From the NCBI GenBank assembly GCA_016748015.1, contig JAAOMT010000703.1:434001-498000 (forward strand): DNA of 64,000 nucleotides, written 5' to 3'. Positions within the stretch are counted from its first letter, which is position 1, and each line of letters begins with the position of its first letter. Both the position numbers and the translations under genes were made by a program. Positions 24,543-37,349 of the stretch are shown one piece after another. The stretch is from Geosiphon pyriformis uo1. Lineage: Eukaryota > Fungi > Glomeromycota. The notes below the pieces were generated by a model, which made no database searches, was not told where the DNA came from, and worked only from the letters and a program-made list of their open reading frames with translations.

Positions 24543-26892
24543 CTACGCACTTATATGAACAGAAATCTTTTCACAAGCACCAGAAAAAAATAAACAAGAC
24601 CTATGAAACCCAAAACAAATGCTAATTGCATTAGCAATCCCCAACAATCTAACAACACCTGCTGAAAAGCCCATGGAAAAACCAGAAATAGAGGCAGGAA
24701 TGGAGCCGTCATGAAGAATCAGCCTACCCTTTTCCATTACTGCCTGGTGTTTTGCACGAACCAACCAGATTTCATCCCGGAACGCAGCACAAAACTTATG
24801 TACAAAAAACACCATGTTACAAGCTGCCACCCTGGGATCTTCAAAAACAGAGACAAATTCACAATACCAATTATTAAAAACGAATCTTTTACATAGGGCC
24901 ACTCCAACCACACAATTCGAAGCACAAGTGGACAATAACTGGGAAACACACGAAGAAAAACGAATAAACCAGAGCATGCCTCCCAAACAGCCATATAAGT
25001 GTTTATCAAATGCTTATGGCCAATGGTGTCAAAAGAGCAGGAAAAACATGATCAGAGATCTCAATCTTACCACAGAATAAGCACACTATATTGGGATAAA
25101 GCCTATCATATAGATGCTTACGCACGGCGACAGGAAGTCGATGATGCAGAGCCTTTATGAAATAAGTCCGAAAGCCAGCAGTACCCAAACTAGTGAAGCC
25201 AACAGCCATGTGGAAATCTGGGTGCCACACTAAAACAGACCTGGCCCAATCAACATCACCTCACAAACTATCCACCAAAACTCGGAAACCAGATCTAACC
25301 TCCCAATATACCCGATGAACTGACCGGAAGATATTACGAACAAAATGTCTTGAATTACCAGAAATGGCAGAGTCACCAGTTTTTAAAAACCGTTCATCAA
25401 TCCTGTGCGGCAGCCACCAAGAAGATGAGGCAGCAACTCTTGTAAGTGAGTCAGCACATTCGTTGCCAAGAATATCTGAATGACCTTTTATTTTGACCCA
25501 ATTCACATCCAAATTTTTATCATGAATGACATTAGCAATGTGGCAATGCTTGATCCAACAATGATTTCTGAAGTCTGGTCAAGCTAGTAGAGATTCGGAT
25601 TTGCATGCATCCAAAGCAGCCTGGCTGTCCAAGAACAAATCCACTGAACAAAAAGCGGGAACACACTCAAGAGCCAGAGCAATGGCCTGCAACTCCATAA
25701 GCATAGAGAAAACCAAACCAGACACCTTCACACCCAACCCCGAATCAATGTCCTCAAAGAAAACAGCAGCACCAGCCTTTATACCAACAGTACCCAAACC
25801 ACTTAGAGACCCATCCGTATATACAGAGAGGTAAACAGCAGCGTCAATATCCAACAAATTGTCACAAACAATGCCAAAATTGCAAAAGAGTCAAATATCA
25901 GGAGAAGCATAATCACTCACAGGAGGAGAGCACACAGAAGAAGGAACAATGCTACCAAGAAACTGAACAAAAATATCAAACCAAACAGGAACCAGGCCAT
26001 GGGGATTCAGCCTTTTTCAACATTTGAAAGTCTTCCAACTGAAAGCAACACCATGTCTGTCATGAAGCTGTTCCACAAAAGTGATATCATAGCACTTGAG
26101 TGAAGGGACACATTTGAGAAATCTTGGCTCACCTAGAACAATAGACATAGGAGTGCCACCCTAGAAATGAAAAGTGCTGGCCAAAGAAGCACCCAAAGAC
26201 AAGTCACACCCAGAAAAAATACAAACCACACCTGACAAAAAGTTGTTTGAAAGGCTGACATTAACATGAACTGAAAACAGCAAAGAGTGACAGGGATGCC
26301 AACTAAGAGCCTGAAGATTATAAGACCTGTGAGAAAACAAATGACCCAAAATACCAAATGAATTCACAAAAGCCAAAACAGCAGCCAATTTACTCTCAGC
26401 TTGGATCTGTTCAAAAGTTTTAAAATTGTACAAAGAAGGATGATAAACCGCATCATTGGAGAAGTTGAGTGGCAGCCCAGACTTAGACTTCAAGCACCTG
26501 CAAACCATAGAGTCCCACTTATTACACACACTAACAGGAACAAAGCTGAACTGAATTCTGTAGCTGATAATAGGCAGAAAAACTGCAAAAACCAAATATG
26601 CAAATTGTTTATCCGAGATTGCCTTCCTCAGAACAAGATTAACAAAAAACTGAACGTTCAAGTGAGCTTTAGCCAGACTAGGTGTCAAAAGACCTTCAAA
26701 AGACAAAAAAATACCCAAATACCGATGAGATTCACTCTTTTTGGTGATAGAGATAGGCAAACCACTAATAATCAAAGAAAAATTCGCAATCTGGCTGTTG
26801 ATAGGAATGGCTACAGTCTTGTCATTGTTAATTGAAATGTCATTAATCCTAAAAAATTCACTAACAACATTGAGGATGTGCTGCATAGCAGC
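24543..26892 (-). pseudogene. LINE ORF2, 3' part: RT thumb, RNase H, Cys/His knuckle
   Basis: Motifs HRYLGIFLS, VYTDGSL, ELQAIALALE, FLDSQAAL, WVKIKGHSDILGNECADSL, CLFCGKIEISDHVF, with several stops and frameshifts. Confidence 0.9.
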
Positions 26893-26896
26893 CCAG

Positions 26897-27794
26897 TGTT
26901 ACAGGTGATTATTTCTGTTGTTGAATTGAATAACAAACCCATAACTTGGTGCTCAATTAATATAATATTGTTGGTAATATCTGAAGATATTGTTATCTGA
27001 AGGTTTTGGTTGATTTGAAGGTTTTGTTGTGAAGTTTTTTGTATAATAGACAGAGATTCAGTGGTGATGGTAGTAGTTTTCCTGGAGTTGCAATTATGCC
27101 CAATTTCTTTTTCAGCTTGGCAGCCGGATTTATTCTGGTAGTTGTGCCCTTCTGGTAAACTACCTGTTAATATATATAATTCTATCCTTATTTCTGGGTC
27201 TTTTACCAGGCTATCCTTGATGTCAATAACTCAGTGCTTAATTTTTTTACTCAATTAGTATACAACAACAAAATCAAAGAAAGAAAAGAAAATAAAAAGA
27301 AAGAAAATAAAATTAAAGAAAATAAAGAAAATAAGCCAAGGCAATTTGGTACATTAATATTTTGTCAATAGCCATGATCAAAAGCTATTGTTTTAGTATG
27401 GTTAAGTATCAATTACTATCAACATGAAGTGTTGATAGTGGATAGTGGATTGAGATATGGAATAATTATTTATTTGATGATTGGTTTCTTGGCTAAGGAT
27501 TCTGTAGTATTGATTTTGTTTTTTCTGTTTCTAATACTACTGCTATATATACATAATTAGGATTCCTCAATTCCTCGATTTTTTATGACAGGAATCCTGG
27601 AATTCCTGGAATCCTGCGATTCCTTTGAGAGGAATCTTGGAATTCTGGAATCCTGCAATTCCTTGTTGGGAAATTCTGAAATTCCTGGAATCTTGTAATT
27701 CCTGAGAGGAATCCTGGAATTCCACATTTACTACGCTTACTTCTGATTGGCTAATAATTATGCTAATATATTTCCTATATTTCTATGAGTAACA
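26897..27794 (-). repeat. 3' LTR
   Basis: tgttac...gtaaca; direct repeat of 37350-38193; adjacent polypurine tract AAAAGGAGGAAATAA on the minus strand. Confidence 0.95.
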
Positions 27795-27807
27795 TTATTT
27801 CCTCCTT

Positions 27808-28490
27808 TTAATATTGAGCTCCGTCGAAATTTAACTCATGTAATTCTCCCTCTTGAAGTATTTCTTGGATTTTGTTTTCGAGAATTACTTGTGTTATTTG
27901 GGTCTGTAATTCTTCAAATTGAGCATTGGTGATTTTTCCCAATTGATTACTGGTAACCATATCCATTGCTCTGTTGAGCAATATTTCTGGTTTATCCTAA
28001 AATGCTGTGTGTATTTGGTATATGACTCGGGCTTGTGTGGATAAGTTGTTCTTTCCCACAAAATGTTCTAATTGTTGTAGTATTCTTTTGTCAAATAATT
28101 GCTTTGTTTTATCTGTATATAGATTCTGGATATTTACATGTTGTCCCAAGTAAAAATAACAATAGTTTTGTGGAAATTGTTGTATCCACCAATTCCAAGT
28201 TTCTTTAGTCAACTCTTGATATAGTGACTCTTTTGTTGATTCTTTTATTGCTAATTTTACTTTTGCCATGATTTTGTCCACAGTATTTTCAGTTTCTTCT
28301 GTGTTCTGAGTTGAAATGTCTTTCTAGTATCTTAATATTGAATGGTTTGTTGATTGATTGTAATCTCCATTTCCTGGTATTAGATTAATTGAAAGAGTTG
28401 TTGTGCTAGTAAGTGAATGTTGTCTGTAATTTCCATTTTTCTGATATTTTCTGTCACATCTACCATGTCTTTATATATTCTTTTGATGGA
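27808..28490 (-). pseudogene. Accessory ORF between integrase and PPT, unknown function
   Basis: ORF 27997-28281 continues past a stop as MDMVTSNQLGKITNAQFEEL..FDGAQY*, ending in the PPT. The start is uncertain. Confidence 0.6.
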
Positions 28491-28492
28491 TC

Positions 28493-29978
28493 AATTTAAC
28501 GTGTTGTTGTCGATAATAATGATTGGTTCCAGATCTTGTGGAATTTCATTTGGTTGGACTAATATTCTCTGTACTTCTAATTGTGGAATATTACTAATAG
28601 ATGGTAGTGTGATGTTGTGATATAGTTTCAGTCAATCTCTATGTACTGCTTTGGTTAAAATTTTGTTATCCAATCTTAATTTGTAAGCTCTATTTCCTAG
28701 AATTTCTTCTATGTGAAATGGTCTGTCCCATTTGGGGTCAAATTTTCCACTCCATTGTTTTTCCGCTTTGGTACAATGTAGTAATACTTTGTCTCTGATC
28801 TTGAATTCAATTGGTTTGTCTGGTAGTTGACTATTGTGTCTTTTTTTCTGTGTTTTTTGTGACTTTTGGATATTATCAGCTGCTCTTCTTCGTTTGTTTT
28901 CCAATGTTTTTATTAAGTCATATGTTCTTCTCAGCAATGTTTCTTGAAAATTTTCCTCTGTTATTGGTTCAGCTAGATATGTATTAATTTCTCTCTCTAC
29001 TGGTAACGTTGCTATTCTCCCATATATTAATTCAAATGGTGTTGCTTGTGTAGTATCCTGTTTCATTGTCCGATAAGCAAATAGTACTGATGGTATAAAC
29101 AAATCCCAATCGTTCTGGTTTTCTTGGCTGAGCTTGGCTATTGTTTCACACAATATTCTGTTGAATCTTTCTACTAATCCGTTGGTTTGTGGATGGTATG
29201 GTGATGATAATAGTCTCTTGATTCTGAATCTTTGGCTCAATTCTGTTAATGTTCTGTTCACAAAATAAGTTCCTTGGTCTGATAATAATTCTTTTGGACA
29301 TTCATGTCAACAAATCAAATCCTGATGAACAAATTTGGCAACAGATTCTGCATCTGCTCTTTAAATTGCTTTTGTCTCTGGCCATTTAGTGAGATAGTCC
29401 ATAGTTACTGCTATGTATCTGTTTCCTCTGCTGGTAATTGTTAATGGTCCGACTAAATCAATTCTCATGCAGTCAAATAGTTGTCCCACTTTGATTGGTC
29501 TTAATGGTTCACTGGGTCTTGTTCTTCCTCTTCGCTAACAAGCATCACAATTTTGAACATATTGAATGATGTCTGGGTACATTGATGGCCAATAGTATCT
29601 TTTTCTAATTCTTTCCATGGTTGCTTCTTTGTGAAAATGTCCTGCTGTTGAATTTGAGTGCATGTTGAATAATATTGTTTCTTTTTCTGGCTCTGTAATT
29701 ACTCTGGTTGGTTGATCTGGATCCCTTCTATTTTTTCGATAAAGTATATTTTGGTGAATGATAAAATATTTTGATTGTTGTTTGATACTCCTTCATTCCG
29801 TATAAGATAAATTCTTTTTGAACTGTTGAGTGTTTAGATAATATTGCAATTGTTGATATTTTTGTATGTTCATCTTTTGTTGTATTTTTCCATTGGTATT
29901 GTTCTGGTTTTATTATATTTTTTGGGTTGAAATGTTCTTAAATTTGTCTTATTCGTGATAAACTGTCAGCATTTCCGT
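28493..29978 (-). pseudogene. Gypsy integrase
   Basis: Zinc finger HSNSTAGHF..CDAC, LLSDQGTYF, SPYHPQTNGLVERFN and a GPF-type motif WDRPFHI. No chromodomain is seen. Confidence 0.92.
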
Positions 29979-31040
29979 TGTTACGGGATGGTTTTCTTGT
30001 TATATTTAATTGCTGATATCCTGCTTTAATTGCAATCAGTCTTTCGTGAGTTCCTCAATTCTATTTGTGTGATAATGTCACTGTTACACTGAAGGCTTTC
30101 TTTTTACTGTTGCGATGTCAGTTATTCTTTAATTCTTGATTGTTGTGTGTGTTTATGTACTCCTTCTCANNNNNNNNNNNNNNNNNNNNTCTCGATGGAT
30201 TTTGACAATAGTTGCGGCTATTACTGCTACTTCTTTTGTAGTGTATTGTGATAATTCTCTATACAATCCAAGTTTTGCGTCATGTAGTTCTTCTTCCTTT
30301 CCTATATGATAATTTATTCTGGCGTTGATATAATAAGTGAGGGCAGATTCTGCTGGACAACACCCTTCTGGTAATCCAAGATCACTTTGATTTTGTGTGT
30401 AAATAGCACGGCAGAATTCAAGAACAGTAAGATTAAGGGTTTTTGTCACCACTTTTGTCTTTTCCTTTTTAGCAATGAATTATTGCTAATTATTATTTCC
30501 TTTTTGATTTTCTTTCCTCGTAGGGTTTACCAAATGTTACGGAATGGTTTTTTTGTTATATTTAATTGCTGATATCCCGCTTTAATTGCAATCAGTCTTT
30601 CGTGAGTTCCTCAATTCTATTTGTGTGATAATGTCACTTGTTACACTGAAGGCTTTCTTTTTACTGTTGCAATGTAAGTTATTCTTTAATTCTTGATTGT
30701 TGTGTGTGTTTATGTACTCCTTCTCAGAGGCTGAACTGAAATCTACCCACTGTNNNNNNNNNNNNNNNNNNNNATTCTTTCCCAATATTAAAACTACTGT
30801 ATATATACATGTTTGTAGTTCTACGAGAAAATACTTTCTTTTTGATATTTCAACCTGGTGCTTGCTGCTATCACCAGTTGGTGTTGGCTGCTATTGTGAA
30901 CTGGTGCTTGCCACTATCGCGGAATGGTGTTTGCTACTATGTTAATCATTACCTTTCTAAGATTATTACTGTGCTATATTATGATTGAATAGTTTGTATT
31001 ATTTTTATGATTCTTTTTGCTAAATTCTTAAACCGTAATA
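29979..31040 (-). mobile_element. Second-family LTR element nested at the RH/IN junction, collapsed by two 20-N gaps
   Basis: tgttacgg at 29979 and again at 30535 (preceded by PBS-like gggtttacca); ends ccgtaata; TSD ccgt at 29975-29978 and 31041-31044. The host peptide KDNG|NADSLSR rejoins across it. Gaps at 30170-30189 and 30754-30773. Confidence 0.85.
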
Positions 31041-32284
31041 CCGTTGTCTTTTCTCTTTTTGTAATATATAGTATAATTGTATAGTGCGAGTGTCATTTTC
31101 CATCTTGACTGTCTTCCATCTCCAAATTCTTGTTTTTGGAGTGATGTTAATCCCTTGTGATCTGTGTATACTTTAAACTTCTGGCTTAAGTATTTTTTCT
31201 ATTTCATAATGGCCCAGTATATTGCTAAGTGTTCTTGTTCTGGTGTTCCATAGTTCTTTTCGGCTGGTGTTAAACCTCTGCTGGCATATGCTACTGGATG
31301 TTCTCTGCCGTCTGGTCCTCTCTGAGATAATACTGCTCCCAATGCTTGGCCAGATGCATCAGTGGTAATAATGAATGGTTTGCTGTAATCTGAATAGATC
31401 AGTACTAAAGCTTGGATGAGCTTTTTCCTCAGAATATCAAAAGCTTTTTGTTGACTTTCTGTCCATTCATATTTCGCATTTTTGTTTTGCAGTTGATTAA
31501 ATGGCTGCGCTATCTTGGAAAAATTCTTGATAAAATGACAATAGTAGCTGGTGAATTCCAAGAATGATTTCAGTTCTGTTATATTGGTCAGCACTAGAAA
31601 GTTTTTTACTATCTCTATTTTCTCTGAATCTGTTTTGATGCCATCTTTGCTGACTATGTGTCCCAAGAATTTGAGTTCTGTCTTGCTAAAGAAGCATTTT
31701 GTCGCATTTAACTTTAGTTCTGCTCTTCTTAGTCTTTCGAACACTTGTTAAAGATGATGAAGATGATCATCAAACATCTTTGAGAATACATTGGTGTCAT
31801 CTAAGTATACAACTACTGATTTTCACAATAAGCCAGTATAAACGATTTCCATTAGCTGTTGGAAAGTTGCTGGGGCATTGGTTAAGCCAAATAGCATTAC
31901 TTCAAATTCGAAATTTCTTTCTCTAGTAGTAAATGCTGTCTTCTCTTTGTCAGCTGGATTTATGGCTACTTGCTAGTAACCACTGTTCAAATCTAATATG
32001 GAGAACCATTTGTTCTTATTGAAAGCATCGAATAATTCCTGTATTTGTGGAGTTGAATAACTGTCTCCATAAGTTACACCATTGAGTTTCTTGTAGTCTA
32101 CACAAAACTGGATTTTTCCATTTTTCTTATGGTTAAATACCACTAGTGACAACCATAGACTTATTGATGGTTGAATTAGCCCGTTGTCAAGCATTTTGTT
32201 TATCTCTTAATGAATAATCTCATGGCTGGCTGGTGGCATTCTGTATGCTCTTTGTTTGATTGGCATTGCATCTCCAGTCTTGAT
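31041..32284 (-). pseudogene. Gypsy reverse transcriptase and RNase H
   Basis: Motifs FCVDYKKLN, LDLNSGY, VVYLDD, LKFLGHIVS, ITTDASGQALGAVLSQ, AEKNYGTPEQEHLAI, VYTDHKGL. Confidence 0.95.
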
Positions 32285-32836
32285 CTAATGCTGGATGATG
32301 TCGGTTTGGCCAAACTCATTTTCGCTGACAAAAATGTCATTGAAATTGTTGAGTAACATCTTAAGCTGCATACATTGGAGTGGATCTAAGTTTCCCATGT
32401 TCATTTGTTTCAATTGTTTTGATTGGAGCAAATAACATTCGTCTCGTCCATAGATTGTTTGTAATGTGATGTCAACATATCCACAAAGTTGTGAAAAGTC
32501 TGGAATGGGATTTGGTGGTTGGTCTTCTATTTCTGTGGTTAAATATCCGATGGTGGTTCCTTCTGGTATGTTGATAACATTGCCAGTGTTGTTGTAGATG
32601 GGAATTTTTATGCTGCTATAGCTTTTGGCTGATATGTGGAGATTGATCAACCCAATCTCTCTTGATTCACAAAGGGTTGCTTCCACTTCAAAAATCTGTT
32701 CTTGCTTCTTTTTCTTCCTTTCTATTGCTAACATGTACTGGCTATATGGTGGAATGGAAATAGTTTGACCAGTTGAGATAATTTCTTCTTGGCCAACAAT
32801 TTCTTCCTCCATTATATTAACTGGTACATCTGTTCT

Positions 32837-33229
32837 ACCCGTTGATCCAAATCCTTGTATTCTTTTCGCTGTTATTTCTAATTTCTCCCTTTTTCTCATT
32901 GACACTAACTGAGCTACTCTAATTAAAGGCAGGAATATTGCCTGTGCTATCTTTTTGTTGGGCTCTATTATATAGGCCTTTTCTGAGTTATTTTGTAACA
33001 TGGCAATGATATTTCTTACATATCCCACATCAATTATTCCTCCTCTTATATTGATCTCTCTTTTTGCTAAATTACTTTTAGATGCTAATTGAATCATTGT
33101 TGTTGCCGGAATCTCTAGTGCTATTTTCAGATCAATATAGGTGTGTGAATGTGGTTCCAATTTAATGGCATCTTTTCCTGGATATCTCAGATCAAACCCT
33201 GTATCTATATCATGTGCACATTCTGGCAT
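32837..33229 (-). pseudogene. Trimeric dUTPase domain within the Gypsy polyprotein
   Basis: All five motifs are present in decayed form: TGFDL, ASKSNLA, GGIIDVGYV, KIAQAIF, KRIQGFGSTG. Confidence 0.92.
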
Positions 33230-34499
33230 AATACCTTTTTCATTGTTACTATACCATTTCAACTCTTGTTCCTTGGAGAGATCTGGTAGTGCAATGTATT
33301 GTTCATAGTTTAAATTGGGTTTTGAATCTGAGTCTAAATTGTTTTCGTCGTCATTGCTATTTTGAATGGAGCTGGAACTGGTGTTTTTATCATCATTATC
33401 AGAGTCTGGATCACGATTGATCAGCAATTCTGATTCTGATGCACAGCTGCTGATTGGTTCTTCTTCTTTAGGGATCAAGTAGATCATGCATGGTGGTAAA
33501 TTGTAAATGAGGTCACAATTGTCATAATATTCAAAGTCACTGGGAATTAAACAATGGCAACACAGTTTTGTATTTAACTGTGCTAGCCATTGTTCTTGCT
33601 CTTCTCTAGTAGATGCCAAGTTTTGGTAGTGTTCATGGAACTCTTCTGGTTCTAGAAAATTTATAACTGGCTCTGTGTTCCAGTTAAGCTCGATGGGTTC
33701 TGGTGGGTTGTTTTTAATTGTCTGGATTTCTTCTGGTGATGTACCTTCAATTTTGGTGGTTGCCATTCTCCAAATTTTGTCGTTGTCATGTGGACAACTG
33801 TCTAATTGTCGCACTGCTTTTTGCCAAGCGGCTTCAATTGGTGTCTCTTTTTTAACCCAGTCGCTGATCAGAATCGTGTATTGACACTCTACGTCACATG
33901 TTCCTCCATGTCCAAGAATGTCATGCCACATTTCTTTGTCCAAGAGAGTCTTTTCACAAACTAAGCATAGCTGATTGTCCCATTTCCCTACTTGTTTTGG
34001 TCTTCTAAAGCATTCAAGAATGCATGGGCAGCAATAAAACCTAGTTGCCGTTGAATATTCCTCATTATTCCCACAACATGCACTCATTGATGACAATTTC
34101 TTGCTGCAATCGATGCATATAAGCTTAGGTCAATGATAGGTAGATCATTGTGGTATAGTGTAGGTGTTATAAACAGTAGTGATTTGGGTGGTCTCTTCTT
34201 CTTTCTCTTTTTCTTTATTTTCTTTGTCCTCTTCCCATTCCCAGTTTGAAGTCAGTTCGCTCTTGTCATTGTCAGTCCATGTCAGGTCATCAGTTTCCCA
34301 GATAAGTTCTTCCTTTTGTTTCCCTTTTCCCTTGTTGCTGTCGTCCCAGGAGAGTATTGGCGGTAGTTTATTGTGCTTTTCATCTGCCCACGACATTTGG
34401 TAGGCTTTCCAGGTAGGCTTTTTTTTCTCCTCCTCCAGTTCGATCAATAGTTTCTTTCTTAAAAGAGTTTTGAAGTGGCCACATGTGGCTGGAACACGT

Positions 34500-37287
34500 A
34501 TGTGTTGGCCCTAATACATTAGCTGGAGTTCTTGGGTGTTCCAGTCTAACGTTGCATTGACTTTGAATAGCCAGTCATTACCAATGAGAGCTTGGTATTG
34601 AGTGGCTTCCATCACTAGAACTTTAATGGAAGTCACAATGCCATTGACTTCAAAAGGAAAGTCGTCAATTTCGCCGATTGGAGTTTTGGTTGCTCTATTG
34701 GCTGTGATGATTCTGGCACTGGCAGCTCGATCAACTTGACGATCTAATTGATCCATGAGTTGTCTTGTGATTATGCTGCCTATGAAACTGCTGTTTAGGA
34801 TCAATTTGATGGATTGTCCTTCAATTTTGGCGTCAGTATACATCGTGGTGATTGGTTTGGCTTTAAAAGCAGCTCCATTAAATAATAGCATTGCAGCTGT
34901 TTCTTCAAATTTGAATGGGAAGATAGCAGCCAATGACTCGTCTTCAGTGATGGTAGCAGATGAGATATTATTAGTGAGTGGTTGTTTTTGGGTAAATGCC
35001 AGGTTATTGGTTAAAGTGTCTTCTGGGGTGACCAGAAGACTTAAATAGTTCTGGGAATTTGGGTTCTGGGGTTGACCGGTACCCAAATTCCACTGGCATA
35101 ATCCAAATAGTTGCTGTGAAAAACTGGGAATCAGTTGATGGACTACCATCACCAATCTCCAGCTCTGTTGAGTCATTCTCGGTCTTTGGGTTTTGTTGGA
35201 TGGTAAGTTTTGGAGTGGTGTTTGGATCTGTTGGAGTTGATAAATTATTTGTGGCTGTGGTTGATATATTACTTGTGGCTATGGCTGATAAATTGGAGGT
35301 TGATATACTGGAGACTGATAAACTGATGACTGCGTTACTGGTAGGTAAGCGGGTGGGTTTTGATTTGGGTACTGATTCGGAGTTTGGAACTGGCGATCAG
35401 AATTTTGATATGGATTTCCCGATCATTGGTTATTTAAACACTGACAACAGTCAATTTGGATATGTCTTTGTTTACCACAATAGTGGCAGATATGCATTTC
35501 TTGTTGCCACTGTTAATTGGTTGATAAAGATAGACGTGGTTGATTTTGGGCATAATTAGAGTTTCCTTGATTATTGTGTCGTTGTGGAGGCTGATAAATG
35601 GCGTGATTGTCAGCTAAGTATCCTTCCAATCTCTTATTGATTGATTTACTGAACTTTTCCAATTTGGAATCCAATTCAGATGATCCATTTATTACTAGAT
35701 TAACGGCTTAGGCGTGGTTAGCCTCTGACTCAGCAGATTCAAAATCTTTGGCGTGTGTGACTGCATCTTGAAGGGTGCCTGGATGCAATGGACATACATG
35801 TTGCAAGATGCTGCTGCACAGGCCATGGATAAACTGATTGAGTATCTGTGGTGCTGTGAAATAGTTGACATTAATTGCTTGAATTTGGCATAGGTTTTGA
35901 TAGAAGTGTCCCAGATAAGTGGTGACTGCTTCAGTTTCTCCTTGTTTCATGGTAGTGAATGCATTGACTAGGCGATTGATGCTGTTATTGTTGCTAAAGT
36001 ATCTTAGAAATTCCGCTTTGAAGACATTAAAATCTTGTGGTTTATTAATCAAGCTCTGGTACCATAAATCGGCAGTATCTTTGAGAAAGTAGAGAATGGC
36101 TTATATTGCTTGAGCATCATTCCATCCGTTGGCTGTAATGGCCTTTTCTACATTATTCAGCCATATTTGAGTGTTATCCTCTTTGCCCATAAAGTTGTCA
36201 AGTTTTGCAATTGGTGCGTAGGCCATTGGATCTAAGTTAGGTGGTTGTGGTGGCTGTTGAAGCAGTTGTTGTCCTGGCTGTTAGGGTGATAGTTGAAGTG
36301 ACTGCTGTATGGATTCGACTATGGGATTAATCAGCAGTTGATCAATAATGATTACTGGAGGTAAGTTTTGCTGATTAATTAATTCAGGGTTTTGATTTTT
36401 TTGATTTTGTGGCATTCGAATATTCGGAGTTTCGATTTCCGGATTTTCTAACTGTTGCTGAATTCAGGGTTTTGATTTTTTTGATTTTGTGGCATTCAAA
36501 TATTCGGAGTTTTGATTTCCGGATTTTCTAACTGTTGCTGAGTTTGAATGTTCAGGATTTCAACTTCTAGGTTTTCAGTGATTGGATGCTGGTAAGTGAA
36601 TTCTTGATTCTCTGATTTTTCTTCCTCCTTTTCTGATTCTGCTGCTTCCCACGAATCAGAGATTCTAAAATCTGGTGGAGGTGGTGGTGATCGAAGTCCT
36701 GATGAGGTTGATGATTGCAAATTAAATCCCTCAAAGTATTCGCCATATGGTTCTAACAATTTTGTTTTCCTTTATCTACTTTGGAATGGGAATCGTCCAA
36801 ATGCTGATGTCACAGTTGATGGAAACACGTCAGTTGATGATATGTTGATGGTGCTTCCAAGTGTATAGTGGTATGATGGGTTACTTGGGAATTTAACTCT
36901 GTTTTTCTTCCAAGCAGGTGGCTGTATTTTTCAGAGTGTTACTGCTGGTGTTTGTAATTTTCCCTTGCCTTTACTAGCATATGTAATTGGATATCTTTGT
37001 TGAGTGTAGTGTTCAATTTTTTTGTTGATCTCAGTGATGATGGATGCAAAATTATGGTTTGTTGGTAGGTTGGTGTTTTGAATTAATTCCTTATAGAAAG
37101 TTTCTCTTGCTGATTCAGTATTCACTGGTGTTCCTAATAAAGAGGAAATTTTTTCGTTGACGTAGAAATTGAAGGCTGATTCGGCAGATATATGATTGTG
37201 GTTTAATCCCAAGTATTGACAATAGTGTTGAAATAAGGATTTTGTGAATCCTAAATGGTTTGCTCCTATAATTTCTGATTCTGCCAC
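34500..37287 (-). pseudogene. Gypsy gag and aspartic protease
   Basis: Capsid-like region (FLRYFSNNNSINRL..MKQGETEAVTTY), CCHC knuckle CHYCGKQRHIQIDC near 35450-35490, protease IKLILNSSFIGSII (decayed LDSG) and ALIGNDWL. Confidence 0.88.
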
Positions 37288-37330
37288 TTTTGGTTTGGTG
37301 TTGTCGGTGCTGGTTCTCTGTAAGATTATA

Positions 37331-37347
37331 CCTCACAGGGAGCACCA
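37331..37347 (-). promoter_or_regulatory. Primer binding site, probably for elongator tRNA-Met
   Basis: TGGTGCTCCCTGTGAGG lies 2 nt after the 5' LTR. Its complement CCUCACAGGGAGCACCA resembles eukaryotic elongator tRNA-Met 3' ends. Confidence 0.7.
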
Positions 37348-37349
37348 AA

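Noticed and set aside
24425-24545. Possible hammerhead ribozyme in the LINE tail
   Set aside because: The CUGANGA/GAAA core with three stems is not present.
28493-28640. Chromodomain at the integrase C-terminus
   Set aside because: The tail is short and lacks the aromatic cage and the YLVKW-like motif.
29979-31040. Nested element as a naturally tiny (~1 kb) LTR element
   Set aside because: It contains two N gaps, so its true length is unknown.
37331-37347. tRNA-like sequence
   Set aside because: Only the 17-nt 3' end complement, i.e. a PBS; no cloverleaf.
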